From: Balanoglossus misakiensis
Lineage: Eukaryota; Animalia; Hemichordata
Length of the DNA: 64,000 nt
Assembly: GCA_040954595.2 (NCBI GenBank)
Contig: CM082577.2
Location: 20,806,303 to 20,870,302 of the forward strand
Direction: 5' to 3'
Shown: positions 12,201 through 26,226 of the stretch, piece after piece
How the letters are laid out: every line of letters starts with the position of its first letter
Position numbering within the stretch: position 1 is the first letter of the stretch
Notes under the pieces: generated by a model
What the model saw: only the letters and a program-made list of their open reading frames with translations
Databases searched by the model: none
Told to the model about the DNA's origin: nothing
Made by a program: the position numbers and the translations under genes

Positions 12201-15200
12201 AACCGGCTTTTTCTACGTGGTATGGCCGTAGGCGAAAGATGGTTGAATTTCTCCTACTATAAACCTGAATCCTACACCATTAAACACATAGTCCGACTTG
12301 GCTAATTATTGTGGGTAACCGATCGACCTTCCATAGCTTATAAGGCAAGTGGGATAAAAAAAAATATGGTTTGTTTTGTTCTGCAAAAAGTGGTTTTAGA
12401 ATTCAGGCACTTTCAGAAAAGGAAGAAACGGACACTTGCCACAAAATATTATCCTTCAGGCTACTCTTTAATGGAAACGTTGGAAAAAATGAAGCCTACA
12501 GCACGTAGTATTCCCAGGCGGTCTCCCATCCAAGTACTAACTACGCCCAACGCAGGTTTGCTTCGGTGATCAGACGAGAACCGGCTTTTTCTACGTGGTA
12601 TGGCCGTAGGCGAAAGATGGTTGAATTTCTCCTACTATAAACCTGAATCCTACACCATTGAACACATAGTCCGACTTGGCTAATTTTTGTGGGTAACCGA
12701 TCGACCTTCAATAGCTTATAAGGCAAGTAGGATAAAAAAAAATATGGTTTGTTTTGTTTTGCAAAAAGTGGTTTTAAAATTCTGACACTTGCAGAAAGAG
12801 GAAGAAACGGACACTTGCGACAAAATATTATCCTTCAGGCTACTCTTTAATGGAAACGTTGGAAAAAATTGAAGACTACAGCACGTAGTATTCCCAGGCG
12901 GTCTCCCATCCATGTACTAACTACGCCCAACGCAGGTTTGCTTCGGTGATCAGACGAGAACCGGCTTTTTCTACGTGGTATGGCCGTAGGCGAAAGATGG
13001 TTGAATTTCTCCTACTATAAACCTGAATCCTACACCATTAAACACATAGTCCGACTTGGCTAATTATTGTGGGTAACCGATCGACCTTCCATGGCTTATA
13101 AGGCAAGTGGGATAAAAAAAATCTGGTTTGTTTTGTTCTGCAAAAAGTGGTTTTAGAATTCAGGCACTTTCAGAAAAGGAAGAAACGGACACTTGCGACA
13201 AAATATTATCCTTCAGGCTACTCTTTAATGGAAACGTTGGAAAAAATGAAGCCTACAGCACGTAGTATTCCCAGGCGGTCTCCCATCCAAGTACTAACTA
13301 CGCCCAACGCAGGTTTGCTTCGGTGATCAGACGAGAACCGGCTTTTTCTACGTGGTATGGCCGTAGGCGAAAGACGGTTGAATTTCTCCTACTATAAACC
13401 TGAATCCTACACCATTGAACACATAGTCCGACTTGGCTAATTTTTGTGGGTAACCGATCGACCTTCAATAGCTTATAAGGCAAGTAGGATAAAAAAAAAT
13501 ATGGTTTGTTTTGTTTTGCAAAAAGTGGTTTTAAAATTCTGACACTTGCAGAAAGAGGAAGAAACGGACACTTGCGACAAAATATTATCCTTCAGGCTAC
13601 TCTTTAATGGAAACGTTGGAAAAAATTGAAGACTACAGCACGTAGTATTCCCAGGCGGTCTCCCATCCAAGTACTAACTACGCCCAACGCAGGTTTGCTT
13701 CGGTGATCAGACGAGAACCGGCTTTTTCTACGTGGTATGGCCGTAGGCGAAAGACGGTTGAATTTCTCCTACTATAAACCTGAATCCTACACCATTGAAC
13801 ACATAGTCCGACTTGGCTAATTTTTGTGGGTAACCGATCGACCTTCAATAGCTTATAAGGCAAGTAGGATAAAAAAAAATATGGTTTGTTTTGTTTTGCA
13901 AAAAGTGGTTTTAAAATTCTGACACTTGCAGAAAGAGGAAGAAACGGACACTTGCGACAAAATATTATCCTTCAGGCTACTCTTTAATGGAAACGTTGGA
14001 AAAAATTGAAGACTACAGCACGTAGTATTCCCAGGCGGTCTCCCATCCAAGTACTAACTACGCCCAACGCAGGTTTGCTTCGGTGATCAGACGAGAACCG
14101 GCTTTTTCTACGTGGTATGGCCGTAGGCGAAAGATGGTTGAATTTCTCCTACTATAAACCTGAATCCTACACCATTAAACACATAGTCCGACTTGGCTAA
14201 TTATTGTGGGTAACCGATCGACCTTCCATAGCTTATAAGGCAAGTGGGATAAAAAAAAATATGGTTTGTTTTGTTCTGCAAAAAGTGGTTTTAGAATTCA
14301 GGCACTTTCAGAAAAGGAAGAAACGGACACTTGCGACAAAATATTATCCTTCAGGCTACTCTTTAATGGAAACGTTGGAAAAAATGAAGCCTACAGCACG
14401 TAGTATTCCCAGGCGGTCTCCCATCCAAGTACTAACTACGCCCAACGCAGGTTTGCTTCGGTGATCAGACGAGAACCGGCTTTTTCTACGTGGTATGGCC
14501 GTAGGCGAAAGATGGTTGAATTTCTCCTACTATAAACCTGAATCCTACACCATTAAACACATAGTCCGACTTGGCTAATTATTGTGGGTAACCGATTGAC
14601 CTTCCATAGCTTATAAGGCAAGTGGGATAAAAAAAATATGGTTTGTTTTGTTTTGCAAAAAGTGGTTTTAGAATTCAGGCACTTTCAGAAAAGGAAGAAA
14701 CGGACACTTGCCACAAAATATTATCCTTCAGGCTACTCTTTAATGGAAACGTTGGAAAAAAATTAAGCCTACAGCACGTAGTATTCCCAGGCGGTCTCCC
14801 ATCCAAGTACTAACTACGCCCAACGCAGGTTTGCTTCGGTGATCAGACGAGAACCGGCTTTTTCTACGTGGTATGGCCGTAGGCGAAAGATGGTTGAATT
14901 TCTCCTACTATAAACCTGAATCCTACACCATTGAACACATAGTCCGACTTGGCTAATTTTTGTGGGTAACCGATCGACCTTCCATAGCTTATAAGGCAGA
15001 TGGGATAAAAAGATATGGTTTGTTTTGTTCTGCAAAAAGTGGTTTTAGAATTCAGGCACTTTCAGAAAAGGTAGAAACGGACACTAGCCACAAAATATTA
15101 TCCTTCAGGCTACTCTTTAATGGAAACGTTGGAAAAAAATGAAGCGTACAGCACGTAGTATTCCCAGGCGGTCTCCCATCCAAGTACTAACTACGCCCAA

Positions 15201-18200
15201 CGCAGGTTTGCTTCGGTGATCAGACGAGAACCGGCTTATTCTACGTGGTATGGCCGTAGGCGAAAGATGGTTAAATTTCTCCTACTATAAACCTGAATCC
15301 TACACCATGAACACATAGTCCGACTTGGCTAATTTTTGTGGGTAACCGATCGACCTTCCATAGCTTATAAGGCAAGTAGGATCAAAAAATATGGTTTGTT
15401 TTGTTTTGTTTTGCAAAAAGTGGTTTTAAAATTCAGACACTTGCAGAAAGAGGAAGAAACGGACACTTGCGACGAAAATATTATCCATCAGGCTACTCTT
15501 TAATGGAAAAGTTGGGAAAAATGAAGCCTACAGCACGTAGTATTCCCAGGCGGTGTCCCATCCAAGTACTAACTACGCCCAACGCAGGTTTGCTTCGGTG
15601 ATCAGACGAGAACCGGCTTTTTCTGCGTGGTATGGCCGTAGGCGAAAGATGGTTGAATTTCTCCTACTATAAACCTGAATCCTACACCATTAAACACATA
15701 GTCCGACTTGGCTAATTATTGTGGGTAACCGATCGACCTTCCATAGCTTATAAGGCAAGTGGGATAAAAAAATATGGTTTGTTTTGTTCTGCAAGAAGTG
15801 GTTTTAGAATTCAGGCACTTTCAGAAAAGGAAGAAACGGACACTTGCCACAAAATATTATCCTTCAGGCTACTCTTTAAAAAATGAAGCCTACAGCACGT
15901 AGTATTCCCAGGCGGTCTCCCATCCAAGTACTAACTACGCCCAACGCAGGTTTGCTTCGGTGATCAGACGAGAACCGGCTTTTTCTACGTGGTATGGCCG
16001 TAGGCGAAAGATGGTTGAATTTCTCCTACTATAAACCTGAATCCTACACCATTGAACACATAGTCCGACTTGGCTAATTTTTGTGGGTAACCGATCGACC
16101 ATCCATAGCTTATAAGGCAAGTAGGATAAAAAAAATATGGTTTGTTTTGTTTTGCAAAAAGTGGTTTTAGAATTCAGGCACTTTCAGAAAAGGAAGAAAC
16201 GGACACTTGCCACAAAATATTATCCTTCAGGCTACTCTTTAATGGAAACGTTGGAAAAAAATTAAGCCTACAGCACGTAGTATTCCCAGGCGGTCTCCCA
16301 TCCAAGTACTAACTACGCCCAACGCAGGTTTGCTTCGGTGATCAGACGAGAACCGGCTTTTTCTACGTGGTATGGCCGTAGGCGAAAGATGGTTGAATTT
16401 CTCCTACTATAAACCTGAATCCTACACCATTGAACACATAGTCCGACTTGGCTAATTTTTGTGGGTAACCGATCGACCTTCCATAGCTTATAAGGCAGAT
16501 GGGATAAAAAGATATGGTTTGTTTTGTTCTGCAAAAAGTGGTTTTAGAATTCAGGCACTTTCAGAAAAGGTAGAAACGGACACTAGCCACAAAATATTAT
16601 CCTTCAGGCTACTCTTTAATGGAAACGTTGGAAAAAAATGAAGCGTACAGCACGTAGTATTCCCAGGCGGTCTCCCATCCAAGTACTAACTACGCCCAAC
16701 GCAGGTTTGCTTCGGTGATCAGACGAGAACCGGCTTATTCTACGTGGTATGGCCGTAGGCGAAAGATGGTTAAATTTCTCCTACTATAAACCTGAATCCT
16801 ACACCATGAACACATAGTCCGACTTGGCTAATTTTTGTGGGTAACCGATCGACCTTCCATAGCTTATAAGGCAAGTAGGATCAAAAAATATGGTTTGTTT
16901 TGTTTTGTTTTGCAAAAAGTGGTTTTAAAATTCAGACACTTGCAGAAAGAGGAAGAAACGGACACTTGCGACGAAAATATTATCCATCAGGCTACTCTTT
17001 AATGGAAAAGTTGGGAAAAATGAAGCCTACAGCACGTAGTATTCCCAGGCGGTGTCCCATCCAAGTACTAACTACGCCCAACGCAGGTTTGCTTCGGTGA
17101 TCAGACGAGAACCGGCTTTTTCTGCGTGGTATGGCCGTAGGCGAAAGATGGTTGAATTTCTCCTACTATAAACCTGAATCCTACACCATTAAACACATAG
17201 TCCGACTTGGCTAATTATTGTGGGTAACCGATCGACCTTCCATAGCTTATAAGGCAAGTGGGATAAAAAAATATGGTTTGTTTTGTTCTGCAAGAAGTGG
17301 TTTTAGAATTCAGGCACTTTCAGAAAAGGAAGAAACGGACACTTGCCACAAAATATTATCCTTCAGGCTACTCTTTAAAAAATGAAGCCTACAGCACGTA
17401 GTATTCCCAGGCGGTCTCCCATCCAAGTACTAACTACGCCCAACGCAGGTTTGCTTCGGTGATCAGACGAGAACCGGCTTTTTCTACGTGGTATGGCCGT
17501 AGGCGAAAGATGGTTGAATTTCTCCTACTATAAACCTGAATCCTACACCATTGAACACATAGTCAGACTTGGCTAATTATTGTGGGTAACCGATCGACCT
17601 TCCATAGCTTATAAGGCAAGTGGGATAAAAAGATATGGTTTGTTTTGTTCTGCAAAAAGTGGTTTTAGAATTCAGGCACTTTCAGAAAAGGTAGAAACGG
17701 ACACTAGCCACAAAATATTATCCTTCAGGCTACTCTTTAATGGAAACGTTGGAAAAAAATGAAGCGTACAGCACGTAGTATTCCCAGGCGGTCTCCCATC
17801 CAAGTACTAACTACGCCCAACGCAGGTTTGCTTCGGTGATCAGACGAGAACCGGCTTATTCTACGTGGTATGGCCGTAGGCGAAAGATGGTTAAATTTCT
17901 CCTACTATAAACCTGAATCCTACACCATGAACACATAGTCCGACTTGGCTAATTTTTGTGGGTAACCGATCGACCTTCCATAGCTTATAAGGCAAGTAGG
18001 ATCAAAAAATATGGTTTGTTTTGTTTTGCAAAAAGTGGTTTTAGAATTCAGGCACTTTCAGAAAAGGAAGAAACGGACACTTGCCACAAAATATTATCCT
18101 TCAGGCTACTCTTTAATGGAAACGTTGGAAAAAAATTAAGCCTACAGCACGTAGTATTCCCAGGCGGTCTCCCATCCAAGTACTAACTACGCCCAACGCA

Positions 18201-21200
18201 GGTTTGCTTCGGTGATCAGACGAGAACCGGCTTTTTCTACGTGGTATGGCCGTAGGCGAAAGATGGTTGAATTTCTCCTACTATAAACCTGAATCCTACA
18301 CCATTGAACACATAGTCCGACTTGGCTAATTATTGTGGGTAACCGATCGACCTTCCATAGCTTATAAGGCAAGTGGGATAAAAAGATATGGTTTGTTTTG
18401 TTCTGCAAAAAGTGGTTTTAGAATTCAGGCACTTTCAGAAAAGGTAGAAACGGACACTAGCCACAAAATATTATCCTTCAGGCTACTCTTTAATGGAAAC
18501 GTTGGAAAAAAATGAAGCGTACAGCACGTAGTATTCCCAGGCGGTCTCCCATCCAAGTACTAACTACGCCCAACGCAGGTTTGCTTCGGTGATCAGACGA
18601 GAACCGGCTTATTCTACGTGGTATGGCCGTAGGCGAAAGATGGTTAAATTTCTCCTACTATAAACCTGAATCCTACACCATGAACACATAGTCCGACTTG
18701 GCTAATTTTTGTGGGTAACCGATCGACCTTCCATAGCTTATAAGGCAAGTAGGATCAAAAAATATGGTTTGTTTTGTTTTGCAAAAAGTGGTTTTAGAAT
18801 TCAGGCACTTTCAGAAAAGGAAGAAACGGACACTTGCCACAAAATATTATCCTTCAGGCTACTCTTTAATGGAAACGTTGGAAAAAAAATTAAGCCTACA
18901 GCACGTAGTATTCCCAGGCGGTCTCCCATCCAAGTACTAACTACGCCCAACGCAGGTTTGCTTCGGTGATCAGACGAGAACCGGCTTTTTCTACGTGGTA
19001 TGGCCGTAGGCGAAAGATGGTTGAATTTCTCCTACTATAAACCTGAATCCTACACCATTGAACACATAGTCCGACTTGGCTAATTATTGTGGGTAACCGA
19101 TCGACCTTCCATAGCTTATAAGGCAAGTGGGATAAAAAGATATGGTTTGTTTTGTTCTGCAAAAAGTGGTTTTAGAATTCAGGCACTTTCAGAAAAGGTA
19201 GAAACGGACACTAGCCACAAAATATTATCCTTCAGGCTACTCTTTAATGGAAACGTTGGAAAAAAATGAAGCGTACAGCACGTAGTATTCCCAGGCGGTC
19301 TCCCATCCAAGTACTAACTACGCCCAACGCAGGTTTGCTTCGGTGATCAGACGAGAACCGGCTTATTCTACGTGGTATGGCCGTAGGCGAAAGATGGTTA
19401 AATTTCTCCTACTATAAACCTGAATCCTACACCATGAACACATAGTCCGACTTGGCTAATTTTTGTGGGTAACCGATCGACCTTCCATAGCTTATAAGGC
19501 AAGTAGGATCAAAAAATATGGTTTGTTTTGTTTTGCAAAAAGTGGTTTTAGAATTCAGGCACTTTCAGAAAAGGAAGAAACGGACACTTGCCACAAAATA
19601 TTATCCTTCAGGCTACTCTTTAATGGAAACGTTGGAAAAAAATTAAGCCTACAGCACGTAGTATTCCCAGGCGGTCTCCCATCCAAGTACTAACTACGCC
19701 CAACGCAGGTTTGCTTCGGTGATCAGACGAGAACCGGCTTTTTCTACGTGGTATGGCCGTAGGCGAAAGATGGTTGAATTTCTCCTACTATAAACCTGAA
19801 TCCTACACCATTGAACACATAGTCCGACTTGGCTAATTATTGTGGGTAACCGATCGACCTTCCATAGCTTATAAGGCAAGTGGGATAAAAAGATATGGTT
19901 TGTTTTGTTCTGCAAAAAGTGGTTTTAGAATTCAGGCACTTTCAGAAAAGGTAGAAACGGACACTAGCCACAAAATATTATCCTTCAGGCTACTCTTTAA
20001 TGGAAACGTTGGAAAAAAATGAAGCGTACAGCACGTAGTATTCCCAGGCGGTCTCCCATCCAAGTACTAACTACGCCCAACGCAGGTTTGCTTCGGTGAT
20101 CAGACGAGAACCGGCTTATTCTACGTGGTATGGCCGTAGGCGAAAGATGGTTAAATTTCTCCTACTATAAACCTGAATCCTACACCATGAACACATAGTC
20201 CGACTTGGCTAATTTTTGTGGGTAACCGATCGACCTTCCATAGCTTATAAGGCAAGTAGGATCAAAAAATATGGTTTGTTTTGTTTTGCAAAAAGTGGTT
20301 TTAGAATTCAGGCACTTTCAGAAAAGGAAGAAACGGACACTTGCCACAAAATATTATCCTTCAGGCTACTCTTTAATGGAAACGTTGGAAAAAAATTAAG
20401 CCTACAGCACGTAGTATTCCCAGGCGGTCTCCCATCCAAGTACTAACTACGCCCAACGCAGGTTTGCTTCGGTGATCAGACGAGAACCGGCTTTTTCTAC
20501 GTGGTATGGCCGTAGGCGAAAGATGGTTGAATTTCTCCTACTATAAACCTGAATCCTACACCATTGAACACATAGTCCGACTTGGCTAATTATTGTGGGT
20601 AACCGATCGACCTTCCATAGCTTATAAGGCAAGTGGGATAAAAAGATATGGTTTGTTTTGTTCTGCAAAAAGTGGTTTTAGAATTCAGGCACTTTCAGAA
20701 AAGGTAGAAACGGACACTAGCCACAAAATATTATCCTTCAGGCTACTCTTTAATGGAAACGTTGGAAAAAAATGAAGCGTACAGCACGTAGTATTCCCAG
20801 GCGGTCTCCCATCCAAGTACTAACTACGCCCAACGCAGGTTTGCTTCGGTGATCAGACGAGAACCGGCTTATTCTACGTGGTATGGCCGTAGGCGAAAGA
20901 TGGTTAAATTTCTCCTACTATAAACCTGAATCCTACACCATGAACACATAGTCCGACTTGGCTAATTTTTGTGGGTAACCGATCGACCTTCCATAGCTTA
21001 TAAGGCAAGTAGGATAAAAAAATATGGTTTGTTTTGTTTTGTTTTGCAAAAAGTGGTTTTAAAATTCAGACACTTGCAGAAAGAGGAAGAAACGGACACT
21101 TGCGACGAAAATATTATCCATCAGGCTACTCTTTAATGGAAAAATTGGGAAAACTGAAGCCTACAGCACGTAGTATTCCCAGGCGGTGTCCCATCCAAGT

Positions 21201-23431
21201 ACTAACTACGCCCAACGCAGGTTTGCTTCGGTGATCAGACGAGAACCGGCTTTTTCTGCGTGGTATGGCCGTAGGCGAAAGATGGTTGAATTTCTCCTAC
21301 TATAAACCTGAATCCTACACCATTAAACACATAGTCCGACTTGGCTAATTATTGTGGGTAACCGATCGACCTTCCATAGCTTATAAGGCAAGTAGGATCA
21401 AAAAATATGGTTTGTTTTGTTTTGTTTTGCAAAAAGTGGTTTTAAAATTCAGACACTTGCAGAAAGAGGAAGAAACGGACACTTGCGACGAAAATATTAT
21501 CCATCAGGCTACTCTTTAATGGAAAAGTTGGGAAAAATGAAGCCTACAGCACGTAGTATTCCCAGGCGGTGTCCCATCCAAGTACTAACTACGCCCAACG
21601 CAGGTTTGCTTCGGTGATCAGACGAGAACCGGCTTTTTCTACGTGGTATGGCCGTAGGCGAAAGATGGTTGAATTTCTCCTACTATAAACCTGAATCCTA
21701 CACCATTGAACACATAGTCCGACTTGGCTAATTTTTGTGGGTAACCGATCGACCTTCCATAGCTTATAAGGCAAGTAGGATAAAAAAATATGGTTTGTTT
21801 TGTTTTGCAAAAAGTGGTTTTAGAATTCAGGCACTTTCAGAAAAGGAAGAAACGGACACTTGCCACAAAATATTATCCTTCAGGCTACTCTTTAATGGAA
21901 ACGTTGGAAAAAAATTAATTCTACAGCACGTAGTATTCCCAGGCGGTGTCCCATCCAAGTACTAACTACGCCCAACGCAGGTTTGCTTCGGTGATCAGAC
22001 GAGAACCGGCTTTTTCTACGTGGTATGGCCGTAGGCGAAAGATGGTTGAATTTCTCCTACTATAAACCTGAATCCTACACCATTGAACACATAGTCCGAC
22101 TTGGCTAATTTTTGTGGGTAACCGATCGACCTTCCATAGCTTATAAGGCAAGTGGGATAAAAAGATATGGTTTGTTTTGTTCTGCAAAAAGTGGTTTTAG
22201 AATTCAGGCACTTTCAGAAAAGGTAGAAACGGACACTAGCCACAAAATATTATCCTTCAGGCTACTCTTTAATGGAAACGTTGGAAAAAAATGAAGCGTA
22301 CAGCACGTAGTATTCCCAGGCGGTCTCCCATCAAAGTACTAACTACGCCCAACGCAGGTTTGCTTCGGTGATCAGACGAGAACCGGCTTATTCTACGTGG
22401 TATGGCCGTAGGCGAAAGATGGTTAAATTTCTCCTACTATAAACCTGAATCCTACACCATTGAACACATAGTCCGACTTGGTTAATTTTTGTGGGTAACC
22501 GATCGACCTTCCATAGCTTATAAGGCAAGTAGGATCAAAAAATATGGTTTGTTTTGTTTTGTTTTGCAAAAAGTGGTTTTAAAATTCAGACACTTGCAGA
22601 AAGAGGAAGAAACGGACACTTGCGACGAAAATATTATCCATCAGGCTACTCTTTAATGGAAAAGTTGGGAAAAATGAAGCCTACAGCACGTAGTATTCCC
22701 AGGCGGTGTCCCATCAAAGTACTAACTACGCCCAACGCAGGTTTGCTTCGGTGATCAGACGAGAACTGGCTTATTCTACGTGGTATGGCAGTAGGCGAAG
22801 GATTGTTGAATTTCTCCTACTATAAACCTGAATCCTACACCATTGGACACATAGCTCGACTTGGCTATTTTTTTTGGTAACCGATCGACCTTCCATAGCT
22901 GATAAGGCGAGTGGGATAAAAAATATGGTTTGTTTTGTTTTGCAAAAAGTGGTTTTATAATTCAGACACTTGCAGAAAGAGGAAGAATCGGACACTTGCG
23001 ACGAAAATATTATCCATCAGGCTACTCTTTAATGGAAAAGTTGGAAAAAAATGAAGCCTACAACACGTAGTATTCCCAGGCGGTCTCCCATCCAAGTACT
23101 AACTACGCCCAACGCAGGTTTGCTTCGGTGATCAGACGAGAACCGGCTTATTCTACGTGGTATGGCCGTAGGCGAAGGATGGTTGAATTTCTCCTACTAT
23201 AAACCTGAATCCTACACCATTGGACACATAGCTCGACTTGGCTAATTTTTGTTGGTAACCGATCGACCTTCCATAGCTGATAAGGCGAGTGGGATAAAAA
23301 ATATGGTTTGTTTTGTTTTGCAAAAAGTGGTTTTAAAATTCAGACACTTGCAGAAAGAGGAAGAAACGGACACTTGCGACGAAAATATTATCCATCAGGC
23401 TACTCTTTAATGGAAAAGTTGGGAAAAAATG

Positions 23432-23551
23432 AAGCCTACAGCACGTAGGATTCCCAGGCGGTCTCCCATCGAAGTACTAACTACGCCCAACGCAGGTTTG
23501 CTTCGGTGATCAGACGAGAACTGGCTTATTCTACGTGGTATGGCCGTAGGC
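23432..23551 (-). rRNA. 5S rRNA, border copy of block A (divergent; uninterrupted counterpart of the Tx1-split copy)
   Basis: 120-nt copy with several substitutions, followed by the same spacer-to-flank junction as at 45539-45620. Confidence 0.85.
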
Positions 23552-24554
23552 GAAGGATGGTTGAATTTCTCCTACTATAAACCTGAATCCCACACCATTG
23601 GACACATAGCTCGACTTGGTAGATGACATTGGTGACTATGGACCCTGTGGTTGCTTTGATACAGAAGATTATGCTAACCATAGATCCAAGAGTGAAAGGA
23701 AAGGAGAAACAGCAGCTTTTTTCTGGAGGCAACATATGTTGCAATCTTAAATTTTTTGGAGAAACAAATAGCTCATGAATTTTGCGCACATTTAAAACAT
23801 AGCTTACAAAGTAAATTTACAGTATTGCCAAAATATCTGCAGGAATATGGATAACTTTACTTGCACACTATATTATTTCCAGTCACACTCTTTTCAATCT
23901 TTCCGCTTTTCTAATGTAGATGTGAGTCATTAATGGGTTAAGTACGACTGCAATACCTGTTCACCAATCACCACAACCCATCGAGGGACCTAGCACTGAA
24001 CTTTGGTAAACTTCAGCAAATGCGCTTCATTCTGAATGGAGGGTTTTGGAAAGAAGGTACATGTGTGGACTACAGGTACATTACAAACTATTATACTGAT
24101 GAATATTTAGTTATTTTCACAGGAAGAAATTAAACATACTTCACTTTATTTTAACCACACACCAGGCGGTCATATTTTAATGGGATTACCACTTTACTAT
24201 TGAACTGGTTAAAACTAACACAGGCAATCTAATGAAGTGTGTTTACTCCAGTATATATAAACTTCAGTGAGAGTGCAACTGTATAGACTCGTGTTAGTTT
24301 GTAACTTTTGGAAAATAGTGCCAAAGGTTAATTTCACCGGACTTTAATTAATGCTTTTCAGGTGGGATACTGTAAAATAAAGGACTTTTAAAAATAATAG
24401 CATGTAAATTATTGTTTAAATCACAGATGCTGTGGTGATGCCGTGAAGAGAATGAACCACAGACCTGAGGTTCAGAAATTTCTAATTGGACAACAGAACA
24501 AAAAAAGGTCATGGGAGGCAGTTTGCGAAAGGTACTTGGAGCGTTGGAGGTTTG

Positions 24555-24557
<3 letters not shown>

Positions 24558-24604
<47 letters not shown>
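24558..24604. repeat. (TG)n microsatellite
   Basis: Direct reading; its paralog at 46546-46628 is longer. Confidence 0.95.
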
Positions 24605-24605
<1 letters not shown>

Positions 24606-26157
24606 CTTTTCCTAATATGTGATTTACAAAGATTTTCATAACTTTTTTTCTTTTCATTGCTTGTATAGGTCAAATGCACCAGCAATAAGACCAATGGAGA
24701 CAACCCCACATTGGACATTACAAGGTAAAATGTATTCTTTCTCATACCATGCATATGAAAGAGAAATTTAATCTGGACTAAATTTCAATTATCAATAACA
24801 ATGATGTCTGTAGAGCATATGTTGACAAGGTAAATACTATACATGTATGTTACAACCGGATTTGAAGAGTAGAATACGATAGTGATGTTGATATCAGGAG
24901 CAAAATTAAAGATTTTCACTCATATTTCAGAGTCTTGGCTGCGCACAATATTTCCGTCACGCCTGAAGATGACATTGTGGAATTCAAGTCAGTACAAGCT
25001 GAAAATGGTTCAGTCAATGGTGGCTCATTCCTGAGATTCACAAATTCAAGTGGAACAAACGTATGTTAGTCATGCTGTATGAGGTTTAGTTCTTACAAAA
25101 ATACAGTAAAGTATGCACAAAGACAGCAGAGTAGTGAAGGGTGATGTGCAGCAGTGTCTAAGTGCATGCTTTGCTAGATTTTCATAATAACCAAGTATTA
25201 TACATCTTACTTTAGTAACGTTTCGAGGAAATCCTTTCATTTTATGACATTAACCTAAAATGCCATTATGATGTTATTGTCATAAAGCTACATGTTTTGC
25301 TCAGGCTGTTTAGTGTCGAGTTTTATGGGTGGAGACATACATTAATAAAATATAATAATTACTGTTCTTGTAGTATTTGGACCGGTACATTTTCTGTTTA
25401 AGGCATACAGAACCTTGTATATGACCATACCGCTTATTCTCTCTCCATTTTCTTCATGTTTGGAAGAAATTAATTTTTTATTAGCTTGTTTGTAATTTGA
25501 ATATGGACATTACACTACCCATCTTTTTTATCCGCACTGTGTTGTTTTGAGGATTTGTACCATTAAGACAAATGGTTTGATCCTTTAACCAAGCCTACAA
25601 ACACCTACTTAATATTTTTTTTCTGTTTCAGTCCTATGGAAGACTAACCACATGTGTAAGAATTACCGGTGGTGAGAAGAAACTGGACCTCTGTATTTTG
25701 CAGAGGTTGTCACCCTGCCAACCTGCACGATATGATAAGTTTAATTGTGAAATTTTCCGCTTCACAAACAACACTCATTTAATTTCCTCGAATCAAGTCA
25801 ATAGTTTAGTTTCATTTGTTCATGGTTGTGAATATACTACCTGTTATGTATTGGTATATTAACTGCTATGTAAAAGTGCTGTGTACGAGGCTGTGCTTGT
25901 GAGCATGCGCAGTTAGCAATAAAGAAGCAGCACGGCTGTCGTTCAGTTGAACATGTCCTGCGTCTGTCTAATCTCTCTAGGAATGAGCCCACAGTAATAT
26001 ATCAATATATTACATTTTGGCGACGAGGATGGTGGCTTCCTACGTGCGCTGAGTAGCACGAGAGAATTCCAGAGTAGAACATTAGACTTTTGTCAGAGAA
26101 CTACGAAGTGAAAGTTCCTACGTGACCAGGACGAGCGGTAATCAAACTTTGTCACAC

Positions 26158-26187
26158 CACAGGGAACTTAGTAATTTTGTTATTGTT

Positions 26188-26226
<39 letters not shown>

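Larger units (their letters stand above)
1..23619 (-). repeat. 5S rDNA tandem array, block A (63 units of ~376-383 bp, a few shorter; runs off the left edge)
   Basis: A unit of 120-nt 5S gene plus ~257-bp spacer recurs with ~377-bp period; 63 copies counted. The block ends abruptly mid-spacer at GACTTGG|TAGATGAC. Confidence 0.98.

Noticed and set aside
105-23000. Dozens of repeated 60-106 aa ORFs (MQNKTNH..., MWVTDRP...)
   Set aside because: They are chance frames across the 5S gene and spacer, broken freely by homopolymer indels between units.
1-23619. CRISPR-like regular array
   Set aside because: The spacers are near-identical rather than unique, the repeat is a 5S gene, and there are no cas genes in this eukaryotic context.
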